Positions 36,638 through 45,460 of a stretch of 64,000 nt of DNA are shown in pieces; the first letter of the stretch is position 1; each line of letters starts with the position of its first letter. A program made the position numbers and the translations under genes. This stretch comes from Alphaproteobacteria bacterium (lineage in GTDB: Bacteria; Pseudomonadota; Alphaproteobacteria; JABAAW01), in the NCBI GenBank assembly GCA_965216605.1, contig CBDCGG010000002.1:519871-583870 (forward strand), in the 5' to 3' direction. The notes under the pieces were generated by a model. That model was not told the DNA's origin and did not search any database. It was given only the letters and a program-made list of their open reading frames with translations.

Positions 36638-37447
36638 ATGTTTTCTCTGTTGTCCGATCCCTTCCTTTGGAACGCGCTGAGCGCGGCGGTTTTGTTGGCG
36701 TGCATGTCCGGTCCTCTTGGCTGCATCACCGTTTGGAAGGGCATGGCGCGCTTCGGAGAAACCTTCGCGCATGTCGCACTCTTCGGCGCGGTGATCGCCG
36801 TCTTGGGCGGCTTGCTGCCAAGCGTCGGCATGGTGGCGGTCGCACTAGTGCTGTCGCTGCTCTTGCCGTTGCTCGCCGAGCGCACGCGGCTACCCATCGA
36901 CAGCCTCTTAGGAATATTAGCGCCTAGCAGCGTCGCGCTCGCGCTCGTCTTGGCGCAAGGGACAAACCTCTCCATAGACTTCGAGGCACTGCTGTTCGGA
37001 GAACTGCTAACAACGACAAAAGGCGACCTGACAACAATCTTCATCGGACTCGCAACGACAAGCATCCTGCTGGCTTGCGTGTGGCGCGCCGTACTGCTGG
37101 ACGTGCTCAGCCGAGACCTCGCGCTGAGCGAAGGATTGCCCGTGCGGCTCTACGATATTCTGACAACCGCCGCGTTGGGGATATTCATCGCCTTAGGCGT
37201 TCGGGTAGCAGGGTTGCTGTTGATCAACGCCTTTCTTGTTATTCCCGCATCCTGCCTCGTGATGCTTTCGCGCCGTAGCGTATTCTTGCAAAATCCCGAA
37301 CGCATGGCTTTGGGCGCGGTTGTCGTCAACATCGTCTGCGTGCTGGCAGGCTTTGCGCTGGCACTGGCAGCCGATCTGCCCGCAGGAGCGAGCATCTGTG
37401 CCGTGTTGTTCTTCGTCTTTTGCTTGATGTCGGTCTTAGCGCGCTGA
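36638..37447 (+). CDS. znuB: Zinc ABC transporter permease ZnuB
   Basis: It is a 7-8 TM protein of the ABC-3 family. The start is at the internal Met (MFSLLSDPF) just after the znuC stop; the track ORF starts at 36476 inside znuC. Confidence 0.8.
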   Translation: MFSLLSDPFLWNALSAAVLLACMSGPLGCITVWKGMARFGETFAHVALFGAVIAVLGGLLPSVGMVAVALVLSLLLPLLAERTRLPIDSLLGILAPSSVALALVLAQGTNLSIDFEALLFGELLTTTKGDLTTIFIGLATTSILLACVWRAVLLDVLSRDLALSEGLPVRLYDILTTAALGIFIALGVRVAGLLLINAFLVIPASCLVMLSRRSVFLQNPERMALGAVVVNIVCVLAGFALALAADLPAGASICAVLFFVFCLMSVLAR

Positions 37448-37549
37448 TAAAACGCGCGGGCAAAACGCGTTGGCGTTGCGCTCAAGCACGCTTGTTGGCT
37501 AGAGTAGAGAGAAAGCACGCGCGAGAAAATAACGAGAGAGAGAAACAAT

Positions 37550-38434
37550 GTGACCGTATCTGCAAACCCCGATCACAATAGAAGGCAAGACGGAACAAAG
37601 GACGAGCCTCCTGATTTCTCTCCCTATTCTACTTCGACCTTCGAGGTCTCCCTCGCTGCAAACGAGGAGGATATCGCCGCGGCGCAGGACTTGCGCTATC
37701 GCGTCTTCTACGAGGAGATGTCCGCCGAACCCACGGCGGAAGCGGCGCGCTGTCGGCGCGAGGTGGATCCCTACGACACGCAAGCCGAGCATCTGCTTAT
37801 CCGCGAGCGCAAACACGGCGCGCTGATCGCCTGCTATCGCCTTATGCGCCGCGCACGTCTGCCGGCAGGCACGCCCTTCTACAGCGAAAGCGAGTTCGAC
37901 CTTTCGCACATGCTGTCGCATCCTTTGGCAGCCGATTCGCTGGAACTTTCGCGCGCCTGCGTTGCCAAGAGTTTCCGCACGATGCGCGTGCCTGCGTTGC
38001 TTCTCAGCGCGATCGGCTACTATATCAAATATCACAACATTCGTATGCTTTTCGGTTGCGGCTCGCTTCAAGGCATCGACCCCGATGCCTTGGCGATGCC
38101 TTTGTCGTGGATGTGGCACCACCACCTTGCCCCTGAGCCCTTGCGCGGCAAAGCGTTGGAGCATCTGTTTGAGCCGATGAACCGCATTAAAAAAGACGAC
38201 CTGACCGCAAAGAAAGCCTTGCACATCATGCCGCCGCTCATCAAGGGCTACCTGCGCATGGGATGCTTCGTCGGCGACGGCGCCGTCATCGACCATCGCT
38301 TCAAGACAACCGACATCCTGCTGGTCTTGCCGATCAGCGACGACTTGATCGATCGCCGCTACTACCGCCGTTATGTTTTAAAGGATGCCGCGCGCAACGC
38401 AACTGCTCGCAACGCCATTCCTACGCAAACCTGA
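37550..38434 (+). CDS. olsB: Ornithine-acyl[ACP] N-acyltransferase OlsB-like (GNAT-like, hemolysin-like family)
   Basis: A 'LRYRVFYEEM' motif and OlsB-like length are present. It is immediately followed by a PlsC-family acyltransferase, the olsB-olsA arrangement known from rhizobia. Confidence 0.6.
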   Translation: MTVSANPDHNRRQDGTKDEPPDFSPYSTSTFEVSLAANEEDIAAAQDLRYRVFYEEMSAEPTAEAARCRREVDPYDTQAEHLLIRERKHGALIACYRLMRRARLPAGTPFYSESEFDLSHMLSHPLAADSLELSRACVAKSFRTMRVPALLLSAIGYYIKYHNIRMLFGCGSLQGIDPDALAMPLSWMWHHHLAPEPLRGKALEHLFEPMNRIKKDDLTAKKALHIMPPLIKGYLRMGCFVGDGAVIDHRFKTTDILLVLPISDDLIDRRYYRRYVLKDAARNATARNAIPTQT

Positions 38435-38460
38435 CCCCTTTTCAAAGGACAGGAGACCTA

Positions 38461-39357
38461 GTGTTCTGCGAAGCCGATCAGCGAACTCTGTCCTCTCTGT
38501 ACAGCAACGCGCGTTTTCGTGTCTCTTGGGGGAGAATCGTCGTCAAATTGACCTGCATCCTGCTGTTGCTTGTCGCGAACACGATCGTTTTTCTGCCCTT
38601 TGCTTTGTTACGCCGTCTGCCACCTATCGGCTTGCGATCGCTCTTTTATAAAATGTATACGCACATTTTAGGCATCTCGTTGCGCACGCACGGCGCGGTG
38701 GCGGATACATCGCATGTGCTTTATGTTTCGAATCACATTTCTTACATCGACATCGCGGCTCTGATGTCCTTGACGGGCGCACGATTCGTCTCGCGCGGCG
38801 ACATAGCGAGGCTTCCCTTCTTCGGCTGGCTGATGAAACATTACGGCACCGTATTCATCCATCGCACCCGCGTCGATGTTCGAGGACAAATCACCCTGCT
38901 GCATCGTCTTTTGGGCGAGGGCAGCCCTCTGTTGTTGTTCGGAGAAGGCACGACTAGCGACGGCAGAAGTGTCCTGCCCGTCAAGTCCAGCCTTTTTGCC
39001 GCCTTCGAATCGCTCCCCGCGAACAACCTCGCCCTACAGCCCATCAGCCTGCGCTACAGCCTGCTCGACGGAGTGCCGATGAGCACACACTGGGAACCCT
39101 TGTGCGCATGGCACGGCGAAATGTCCTTCTTGCCGCATCTCCGAGAGGTCTTGAGCCTGCATCGCATCACGATCGATGTCTATGTACATCCGTCCACGCC
39201 CATAGCGACAATCCCGACCACACAAAAAAACTTCAAACGAAAAAAAATGGGAAGAAAGGATATGGCACATTTCTGCCAAGAGGAAATTCAAAAGGGATGC
39301 GCGCTGTTGCGCTACTTTGGGCAGGAAGACGCGTCCCCCTTGCTGCCCAAGAAATAG
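38461..39357 (+). CDS. olsA: Lyso-ornithine lipid O-acyltransferase OlsA-like (PlsC/LPLAT family)
   Basis: It has an HX4D motif 'NHISYID' and 'FGEGTTSDG'. It starts at GTG 38461 with an AGGAG RBS 7 nt upstream, in frame with the track ORF 38263. Confidence 0.6.
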   Translation: MFCEADQRTLSSLYSNARFRVSWGRIVVKLTCILLLLVANTIVFLPFALLRRLPPIGLRSLFYKMYTHILGISLRTHGAVADTSHVLYVSNHISYIDIAALMSLTGARFVSRGDIARLPFFGWLMKHYGTVFIHRTRVDVRGQITLLHRLLGEGSPLLLFGEGTTSDGRSVLPVKSSLFAAFESLPANNLALQPISLRYSLLDGVPMSTHWEPLCAWHGEMSFLPHLREVLSLHRITIDVYVHPSTPIATIPTTQKNFKRKKMGRKDMAHFCQEEIQKGCALLRYFGQEDASPLLPKK

Positions 39358-40934
39358 CGCGCGTCGTAGAGTTTGAACCTCTCCCTTACTTTGCCCGCCG
39401 CCCGTCGCTGAATTTTATCCAACAAAACGACGCTGCAAAAGAGATTTTTCACATTTTTTTTGCGCACATAGGCGTGCATCAGCAGCAGGAAATTTTTTCC
39501 TTCCCACTTCTCCAACGAGGGGTAGGCGTAGTGGAACTGGTTAGGCTTGTCGTGCGTGATTTCAGGTGTCGGGTTGCAATCTCCTTGGACGCACGCGCTG
39601 TGCGCCAGCTTCGATACAAGCTGGTATGAGCGACCTGCGATCTCGTGTTGCGGAAAGGAAGCGCGTTGGATATCTACAACTTTTTGATAGACCTCGTCCC
39701 ACCCGTAGACTTGATCGAAGCTGCCCTTCGGCATCCACTTAGCCGATAGCAGCGAGGCTACGAACAGCACGACCAAAAGGCTGCTCGGCAACAAGGCGAG
39801 AAGAACGAGGGGCTTGCGAAAGGTTTTTCTCCATCCCGCGCTGCCCAAAGCGACACACCCCACAGCGAACAGCATGATCGGAAAGATGGCCCAATTGACA
39901 TAGACTCCTTTTTTCCACGCGGTGACCGAGAAGAAAGCCAACACGCACGCGCTGACGAAAAAAACATAGCGTTGTTGGATGGGCAAGCTGCTCCACCCCC
40001 GCTTGCCGCCCCAAACGGAGCGAACAAAGACGAAGCAGAGGGGAATACTCACTGCTATCACGATGGACGCGGCGTATTCCAGCAGGTGTAGCATCCTCTC
40101 TAGAATCGACAGGTTGGAGGTGTTGAGGTGTCGATAGGAAACAAATTGGAAGCTTACCCAGTCGTTGAGGAAGTTCCACGCCACGATGGGTAACAGAGCC
40201 GTGCAAGCGATGAGCAAAGCTCCCCAAGGTGCGAAGTGTCGCAGGCTTCTCCGCGCCTCTGCGTCGAAGAGAACGAAGAGGGCGGAGGCGGCGATCCACA
40301 GCCCTGCCGTGTATTTTCCCAGCAACGAGAGCGCCAAGCCCACTCCTGCGAGTAGCCACCAGCGTGTCTGTTCGTCTTTTTTGCCGTCTTTTTTGTTTGA
40401 AGCTTTTTCGTTTGAATCTTTCAGTGCTCTGACCGCCATCCAAACGGCGAAGAAGGCAAAGGCGGTGCAGCCAACATCGTGCGTCCAAAACGCGAACAAG
40501 GCCCAAAAAGGGAGCGTGCCAAGCAGAAAGACGCTGAAGAGTCCCAGCACTTCGTTCTCGGCTTCGTTTCCCGCCTGTTGAGAAAAAGGCTTGCCGCGTT
40601 CGGAGTGGAGGTCGCAGACGAGGCGCGCTGCGCAATAGGTTGCAAAGAGCCCGAACAATCCGGCTGCCAGTCGCATAACCCACGCCTCGTCGCCGAGCAG
40701 CCACAGAAAAGGAGCCAGAAACCATCCTGTGCCAGGCGCGTTCTCGTAGTAGGAGAGCCGCAACTCCCGTCCCCAAAACCAGTAGTAGGTTTCGTCGTGC
40801 AACAAGCCGCGCGGTAGCAGCAGCGCAAAACGAGCCATCGCCTGCGAAAGCATCACGCTCCAAAACCACAAGGGCAACGAGAGCCAACGTCGCTGTAGAA
40901 CGCTTGAAAAACTCCGCCGTGCAAAAATCGTCAT
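39312..40934 (-). CDS. ArnT/PMT-family (GT39/GT83-like) polyprenyl-phosphate-sugar glycosyltransferase
   Basis: It is a polytopic membrane protein with the first-loop motif 'DETYYWFWG...SYYENAPG' characteristic of ArnT/PMT_2. The start is set at the internal Met (MTIFARR) at 40934. Confidence 0.7.
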   Translation of the reverse strand: MTIFARRSFSSVLQRRWLSLPLWFWSVMLSQAMARFALLLPRGLLHDETYYWFWGRELRLSYYENAPGTGWFLAPFLWLLGDEAWVMRLAAGLFGLFATYCAARLVCDLHSERGKPFSQQAGNEAENEVLGLFSVFLLGTLPFWALFAFWTHDVGCTAFAFFAVWMAVRALKDSNEKASNKKDGKKDEQTRWWLLAGVGLALSLLGKYTAGLWIAASALFVLFDAEARRSLRHFAPWGALLIACTALLPIVAWNFLNDWVSFQFVSYRHLNTSNLSILERMLHLLEYAASIVIAVSIPLCFVFVRSVWGGKRGWSSLPIQQRYVFFVSACVLAFFSVTAWKKGVYVNWAIFPIMLFAVGCVALGSAGWRKTFRKPLVLLALLPSSLLVVLFVASLLSAKWMPKGSFDQVYGWDEVYQKVVDIQRASFPQHEIAGRSYQLVSKLAHSACVQGDCNPTPEITHDKPNQFHYAYPSLEKWEGKNFLLLMHAYVRKKNVKNLFCSVVLLDKIQRRAAGKVRERFKLYDARYFLGSKGDASSCPK

Positions 40935-40959
40935 GCTTGTCCTATGCAAGAGATAGTCT

Positions 40960-41610
40960 TTACCTCCCCTTTGCCTCCCCTTGCGTCCAAGGGGGGGTTG
41001 CCGCCAAAACACGCGCATAGACAGGGCAGGCGCGCGCGTGCGCGTCGGGAAGGTAGCCTGTGCCTGTAAGAAACTCGCCTACGATCTCAACGCCGACAAA
41101 GCGGAAGGTTTGACGAAAAAGCTTGACCCACGCCTCGCGTTCTAAGGGATGATGCTCGTCGAGCCACGCCTTGAACGAGCCGTGTGTCGAGGCAAGCTCG
41201 CTTATTCGCTGGGCGTTGAAAATGGCAGCCTCGATCTTGAGGCGATGGCGAATAATGCTCGCATCCTGCAGAAGACGAGCGATGTCTTGAGCGGCAAACC
41301 GCGCTACGCGCGCGACAGAAAAGTCGGCGTAGGCTTTTTTCAACGCCGCGCGTTTCTTCATAACCGTCAGCCACGAAAGCCCCGCTTGGTTGATTTCCAA
41401 AAGAAGATATTCGAACAGGCGATCGTCGCTCACCACAGGAAAGCCGTGTTCAAAGTCGTGGTGCTGCTGCAACAAAGGATGCGCACGCGCGGCAAGGCAG
41501 TAAGCAGACACAAGAGAAAATAGCCTTGTTAAATCAAGCGCGCGAGCGCAACCCACAACAAAGTCGTCAGCAGGATTGCCAACAACGAGACAACAAGTGC
41601 CTTGCGCCAC
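40960..41610 (-). CDS. tag: DNA-3-methyladenine glycosylase I (Tag)
   Basis: The motif 'DDRLFEYLLLEINQAGLSWLTVMKKR' matches the Tag core (DxxLFExLxLEGFQAGLSW). The N-terminus is atypical and the start is uncertain. Confidence 0.65.
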   Translation of the reverse strand: MAQGTCCLVVGNPADDFVVGCARALDLTRLFSLVSAYCLAARAHPLLQQHHDFEHGFPVVSDDRLFEYLLLEINQAGLSWLTVMKKRAALKKAYADFSVARVARFAAQDIARLLQDASIIRHRLKIEAAIFNAQRISELASTHGSFKAWLDEHHPLEREAWVKLFRQTFRFVGVEIVGEFLTGTGYLPDAHARACPVYARVLAATPPWTQGEAKGR

Positions 41611-41789
41611 AGCACCCTCGCGCTGTCGTAGCCTGCCTCGCCGTCGACATTTTTTTTTGTGACATTTTTTTTTGCGCCTTTCGCACGGGAGGGCTTCTCA
41701 AAGCCTGCGCGTAGCGGCAGGACGAGAAACCACAGCAATCCCCACACGAAAGCGTAGCTGAAAAGCCACAGGGAGAGAGATTGTGTCAT
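41529..41789 (-). CDS. Small two-TM membrane protein (DUF1467-like, commonly found next to methylmalonyl-CoA epimerase in alphaproteobacteria)
   Basis: It has two hydrophobic helices flanking a basic loop and overlaps the upstream gene by 4 nt. Confidence 0.35.
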   Translation of the reverse strand: MTQSLSLWLFSYAFVWGLLWFLVLPLRAGFEKPSRAKGAKKNVTKKNVDGEAGYDSARVLWRKALVVSLLAILLTTLLWVALARLI

Positions 41790-42274
41790 GCTTGCTCGGA
41801 GGAGGAGTCGATCCCCTCAAACTCGACGAGCGCACCGTCGAGCGCTTTAGGATGTAAGAAAAAGACGGGATTGTCGTGCGCACCACGCGCGATGCGCGCG
41901 TCGTTGGCGAACAGCACATTTTTCTGTTGCAGCCTTGCGTGCAGGGTCTCAAAGTTTTGCGTCTCGAAACAGATATGATGAATACCGCCGCGCGGATTTT
42001 TAGCAAGGAAGGAGGCAAGGGGCGAGCGATCCCCGAAGGGCTCCAATAGCTCAAGGCGGGTATTGTCGAGATCGAAGAAAACGACGCGCACGCCATGCTC
42101 TTCCAGCGTTTGGCAGGGCGACGGGGGGCGTTGCAGAACCGCTTGCCAACGCTGCAAGGCTGCCGCTAACGAGGGAACGACGATAGCCACATGCCCCAAC
42201 CTCAGCGCATCACAAGGGGGGGGCGGAGGGGGGTACGAAGGGCTTGCTGTCTGTTGCGCTTTTTTCATGGTCAT
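41786..42274 (-). CDS. Methylmalonyl-CoA epimerase (VOC/glyoxalase family)
   Basis: Motifs 'GHVAIVVPSL', 'EHGVRVVFF', 'LELLEP', 'GGIHHICFE' and 'VFFLHPKALDGALVEFE' parallel the MCEE signatures. There is a Pro-rich N-terminal extension. Confidence 0.7.
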   Translation of the reverse strand: MTMKKAQQTASPSYPPPPPPCDALRLGHVAIVVPSLAAALQRWQAVLQRPPSPCQTLEEHGVRVVFFDLDNTRLELLEPFGDRSPLASFLAKNPRGGIHHICFETQNFETLHARLQQKNVLFANDARIARGAHDNPVFFLHPKALDGALVEFEGIDSSSEQA

Positions 42275-42315
42275 GCTTTGCTAGTCGCCTCGACTTGTCG
42301 AAGGCTGTCTTGGAT

Positions 42316-42385
42316 TGCTATATTAGATTCTTGACTTGGATTCTTGGCTTGGATTCTTGGCTTGAATTTCTTGGCTTGAATTTTT
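42316..42385. repeat. Five tandem copies of a 13-14-bp unit (GATTCTTGGCTTG) upstream of a small ORF
   Basis: The directly readable sequence is gattcttgacttg gattcttggcttg gattcttggcttg aatttcttggcttg aatttttggcatc. Confidence 0.7.
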
Positions 42386-42458
42386 GGCATCATCCGTGTT
42401 ATACACGCGCGAGCGGCAAACGGGGATGCCTTTTATGCTTTTTTGGGAGAGTTCGTTC

Positions 42459-42842
42459 ATGACAAAAATTTTGTTTTCTTTTCTGCTTTGTTTTTTTAGC
42501 CTTGTGCTGCTGTCGACGGATGCCTCTGCGCATCATGTCTATGGCATCGAGGTCTCGCCTACCTTAGAGCTTGTTCATGGCTTGGCAGAACCTTTCCTCT
42601 TCGCCTTGAGCGGAGCATGCCTTGCCGCTTTCCTATCGCGGCGCGCACCCCTCAAACTGCTTCTCGCGTTGCTCGTCTTCAGCTTTGTCTTCGGCTTTGT
42701 TGGACTCGCCTTGGCGATCGCCTCTGTGATCGAGGAAGGGGTAGGCTTGTTCCTGCTGTGGGACGCGCTGGCAGGCGCGGGGTTTTTCGCGCTCGTGGGA
42801 CGCAGACGAGTGGGCGTGAAGCGTAACGCCAAGATTTTTTAA
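42459..42842 (+). CDS. Hypothetical small membrane protein with signal peptide
   Basis: 'MTKILFSFLLCFFSLVLLSTDASAHH' is followed by 2-3 TM helices. A GGGAGA RBS is present. It is flanked on both sides by tandem repeat arrays. Confidence 0.4.
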   Translation: MTKILFSFLLCFFSLVLLSTDASAHHVYGIEVSPTLELVHGLAEPFLFALSGACLAAFLSRRAPLKLLLALLVFSFVFGFVGLALAIASVIEEGVGLFLLWDALAGAGFFALVGRRRVGVKRNAKIF

Positions 42843-42905
42843 TCAAGATTTTTTGACCAAAATTTTTTGACCAAGATTTTTTGACCAAGCTTTTTTGACA
42901 AGGAG
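42843..42905. repeat. Four tandem copies of a 14-bp unit (A)AGATTTTTTGACC directly upstream of ppa
   Basis: The sequence is tcaagattttttgacc aaaattttttgacc aagattttttgacc aagcttttttgaca aggag. Each unit carries a TTGAC (-35-like) hexamer core. The array ends at the ppa RBS. Confidence 0.7.
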
Positions 42906-42915
42906 TTTCTGACGC

Positions 42916-43440
42916 ATGGATCTTTCCAAGGTTTCCTCTGGTAAAAATCCTCCCGAAGACGTTTATGTCGTCGTCGAGGTGCCGATGAACGCAGCACCCG
43001 TCAAGTATGAGATGGACAAAGATTCGGGCGCGCTCTTCGTCGATCGCTTCCTTTCGACCGCCATGTTTTATCCCGCCAACTACGGGTTCATTCCCCACAC
43101 CCTGTCTGGCGACGGCGACCCCTGCGATGCGTTGGTGTTGGGACAGATTCCTGTCTTGCCAGGCTCCGTCTTGCGCGCGCGTCCGATCGGCGCGCTCTCC
43201 ATGGAGGACGAAGGCGGCGAGGACGAAAAAATTCTCTGCGTGCCGCACGACAAGCTGCACAGCTACTACGAGGACTGTAAGAGCGTTGATGACTTGCCTT
43301 CGATCGTGCGCGAGCAGATCGTGCATTTCTTCGAGCGTTACAAGGATTTGGAAAAGAACAAGTGGGTCAAGATACGCGGCTGGGAATCCACTGAACGAGC
43401 GCGCGAACTGATCGTCGAGGCACTGAAGCGCGCCGCCTGA
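42916..43440 (+). CDS. ppa: Inorganic pyrophosphatase
   Basis: It is a 174-aa family I PPase with motifs 'DVYVVVEVP', 'NYGFIP' and 'DGDPCDALVL'. Confidence 0.9.
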   Translation: MDLSKVSSGKNPPEDVYVVVEVPMNAAPVKYEMDKDSGALFVDRFLSTAMFYPANYGFIPHTLSGDGDPCDALVLGQIPVLPGSVLRARPIGALSMEDEGGEDEKILCVPHDKLHSYYEDCKSVDDLPSIVREQIVHFFERYKDLEKNKWVKIRGWESTERARELIVEALKRAA

Positions 43441-43495
43441 CCCCGTTTTCCCGCCAAGGCGTCAGCTAGGAATCAAAGACCGAGAATCAAAGATA

Positions 43496-44257
43496 ATGGC
43501 AGGACATTCCAAGTTCAAAAACATCATGTTTCGCAAGGGCGCGCAGGACAAGAAGCGCGCTCGACGATTTGCCAAGCTATCGCGCGAGATCTCGGTCGCC
43601 GTGAAGATGGGCGGTAGCGATGCGGGCAGCAACCCACGCTTGCGAACCGCTATGCTCAGCGCACGCGGCGAGAACATGCCGAACGACAACATCACGCGCG
43701 CCATCGCCAAAGCCGCCGGGGAGGGGGCGGAGGTTTTGTACGAAGAGATTCGCTACGAAGGCTACGCGCTAGGAGGGGTTGCCGTGATGGTCGAGGTGCT
43801 TACCGACAATCGCAACCGAGCGAGCGCGCAGGTGCGCTCGTTGTTTTCCAAGTTCGGCGGCTCTTTGGGCGAGCCCGGAACGGTCGCGTTTCTCTTCAAA
43901 CGCTGCGGCGAGATTCGCTTAAAGCGCGAAAAGGCGAGCGAAGAAGCCCTATTCGAGGCGGCGTTGGAGGTGGGCGCGGAAGAGGTCGTCTCCGAGACGG
44001 AGGAACACAGCGTCATGTGCGACGCGAACGACTTGCACAAGATTACCTCGCATCTGCAACAGACTTTCGGCGAGATAACAGCAGCCCAGCTGATTTGGCA
44101 GCCTCAATCGACGACGCTGGTCGAAGACAAACACGCCGATACCTTGACAAAAATGCTCGAAGCCTTAGAAGAATGCGAAGATGTGCAACAGGTCTGGGCA
44201 AACTTCGACATGACAGAAGAAACCCTAACGCGCCTCTCTTTACAAGAAGAGGGGTGA
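43496..44257 (+). CDS. YebC/PmpR-family transcriptional regulator
   Basis: The N-terminus 'MAGHSKFKNIMFRKGAQDKKRA' is diagnostic of the YebC family. It lies upstream of ruvC, the conserved arrangement. Confidence 0.85.
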   Translation: MAGHSKFKNIMFRKGAQDKKRARRFAKLSREISVAVKMGGSDAGSNPRLRTAMLSARGENMPNDNITRAIAKAAGEGAEVLYEEIRYEGYALGGVAVMVEVLTDNRNRASAQVRSLFSKFGGSLGEPGTVAFLFKRCGEIRLKREKASEEALFEAALEVGAEEVVSETEEHSVMCDANDLHKITSHLQQTFGEITAAQLIWQPQSTTLVEDKHADTLTKMLEALEECEDVQQVWANFDMTEETLTRLSLQEEG

Positions 44258-44270
44258 GAGCTCGCGTCGT

Positions 44271-44825
44271 ATGCGCATTCTCGGCATCGACCCCGGTCTG
44301 ACGGCAACAGGATGGGGCGTGATCGAGCGCAACGGTAGCAACTTGCGCTATCGAGATTGCGGCACCGTAAAAGTGCCACAAACGCTCGCTCTCTCAGCTC
44401 GCCTTGCGCATCTTTTGGAATACCTATCTAGCGTCGTCTCGCTATGCTGTCCTGACGAGGTGGCGTTAGAAGCCGTTTTCTTGGGAAAAAATCCTCGCGC
44501 CGCCTTCGCGCTCGGACAAGCGCGCGCCATAGCCCTGTTGGCAAGCGTCGGTCGTCCTTGCGTCGAGTATGCACCGCGCACGGTGAAACGCGCCGTAAGC
44601 GCATCAGGAGCGAGCGACAAGCAGCAGGTGCGATTCATGATGACACGCCTCTTTGCCGAAAGACGTGCATCACTCGACGAAGCTTCCGAGCACGCAATCG
44701 ACGCGCTGGCAGTCGCAACATGCCATGCCTTGCAACCCGCAAGCAAAAATCTCGTCGAAAACACGGGCGAGAACATGAGCGAGAACATGAGCGAGAACAT
44801 GGGCGAAAAACGCGGTGTAGCATGA
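44271..44825 (+). CDS. ruvC: Holliday junction resolvase RuvC with a C-terminal ENMSENMSENMGEK repeat tail
   Basis: Motifs 'MRILGIDPGLTATGWGVIE' and the catalytic acidic residues are present. The tail is encoded by a 3x 12-nt tandem repeat at about 44768-44806 and overlaps the ruvA start. Confidence 0.85.
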   Translation: MRILGIDPGLTATGWGVIERNGSNLRYRDCGTVKVPQTLALSARLAHLLEYLSSVVSLCCPDEVALEAVFLGKNPRAAFALGQARAIALLASVGRPCVEYAPRTVKRAVSASGASDKQQVRFMMTRLFAERRASLDEASEHAIDALAVATCHALQPASKNLVENTGENMSENMSENMGEKRGVA

Positions 44826-45460
44826 TCGCCTTCTTGGAGGGACGCATAGAGACCCTCGACGATGGCGGCGTGGTGCTGCTGTGCGGCGGGGTCGGAATTG
44901 GCTTCCGCTTGCTATGCTCCGCACACACGCGCACGCGCTTGACGCAAGGCGAGGAGGCAAGACTTTTCGTCGTGTTGCAAGCGCGCGACGGCGACCTCAA
45001 ACTCTACGGCTTTTTTGAGGCTGCCGAACGCGACGCCTTTCAACTGCTGTTGAGCGTTCAAGGCATCGGCGGCAAACTCGCGCTCACAGTGCTCTCGCAC
45101 TTGGAGCGCACTGCCCTCGCACGCGCGATCACCGCGCACGACAAAGCATCGCTGCAAGCCGTTCCAGGCTTGGGCGCGCGCACGGCGCAGCGTCTGATTA
45201 CCGAGCTCGAAGGGAAAATGGGCGCGCTGCACGATGCCCTTGCCGCTAGCGCCAATACGCGCTTGGCGAACACGCCCCAACCCTCTGACGACGAGCGACT
45301 TTGGCTCGATCTCGCCGATGCACTAGAATCGCTGGGCTTCGATCGCACCGAGATAGGGCGAACCCTCCAAGCCTTGCGCCGCGAAGAAAAACCCGAAAGC
45401 CTGAACGAAGCCTTGCGAAAAGCCTTGAAAAGGCTGCGTCCATCCCCGCGAACACAATGA
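44822..45460 (+). CDS. ruvA: Holliday junction branch migration protein RuvA
   Basis: 'MIAFLEGRIE' is the typical RuvA N-terminus and HhH motifs are present. It overlaps both ruvC (ATGA) and ruvB (ATGA). Confidence 0.85.
   Translation: MIAFLEGRIETLDDGGVVLLCGGVGIGFRLLCSAHTRTRLTQGEEARLFVVLQARDGDLKLYGFFEAAERDAFQLLLSVQGIGGKLALTVLSHLERTALARAITAHDKASLQAVPGLGARTAQRLITELEGKMGALHDALAASANTRLANTPQPSDDERLWLDLADALESLGFDRTEIGRTLQALRREEKPESLNEALRKALKRLRPSPRTQ

Noticed and set aside
39739-40887. A 382-aa Arg-rich ORF overlapping the ArnT-like glycosyltransferase on the same strand
   Set aside because: It is an alternative frame of the GT gene and has an Arg/Leu/Ala-biased composition. The GT frame carries the DETYYW motif and the TM helices.
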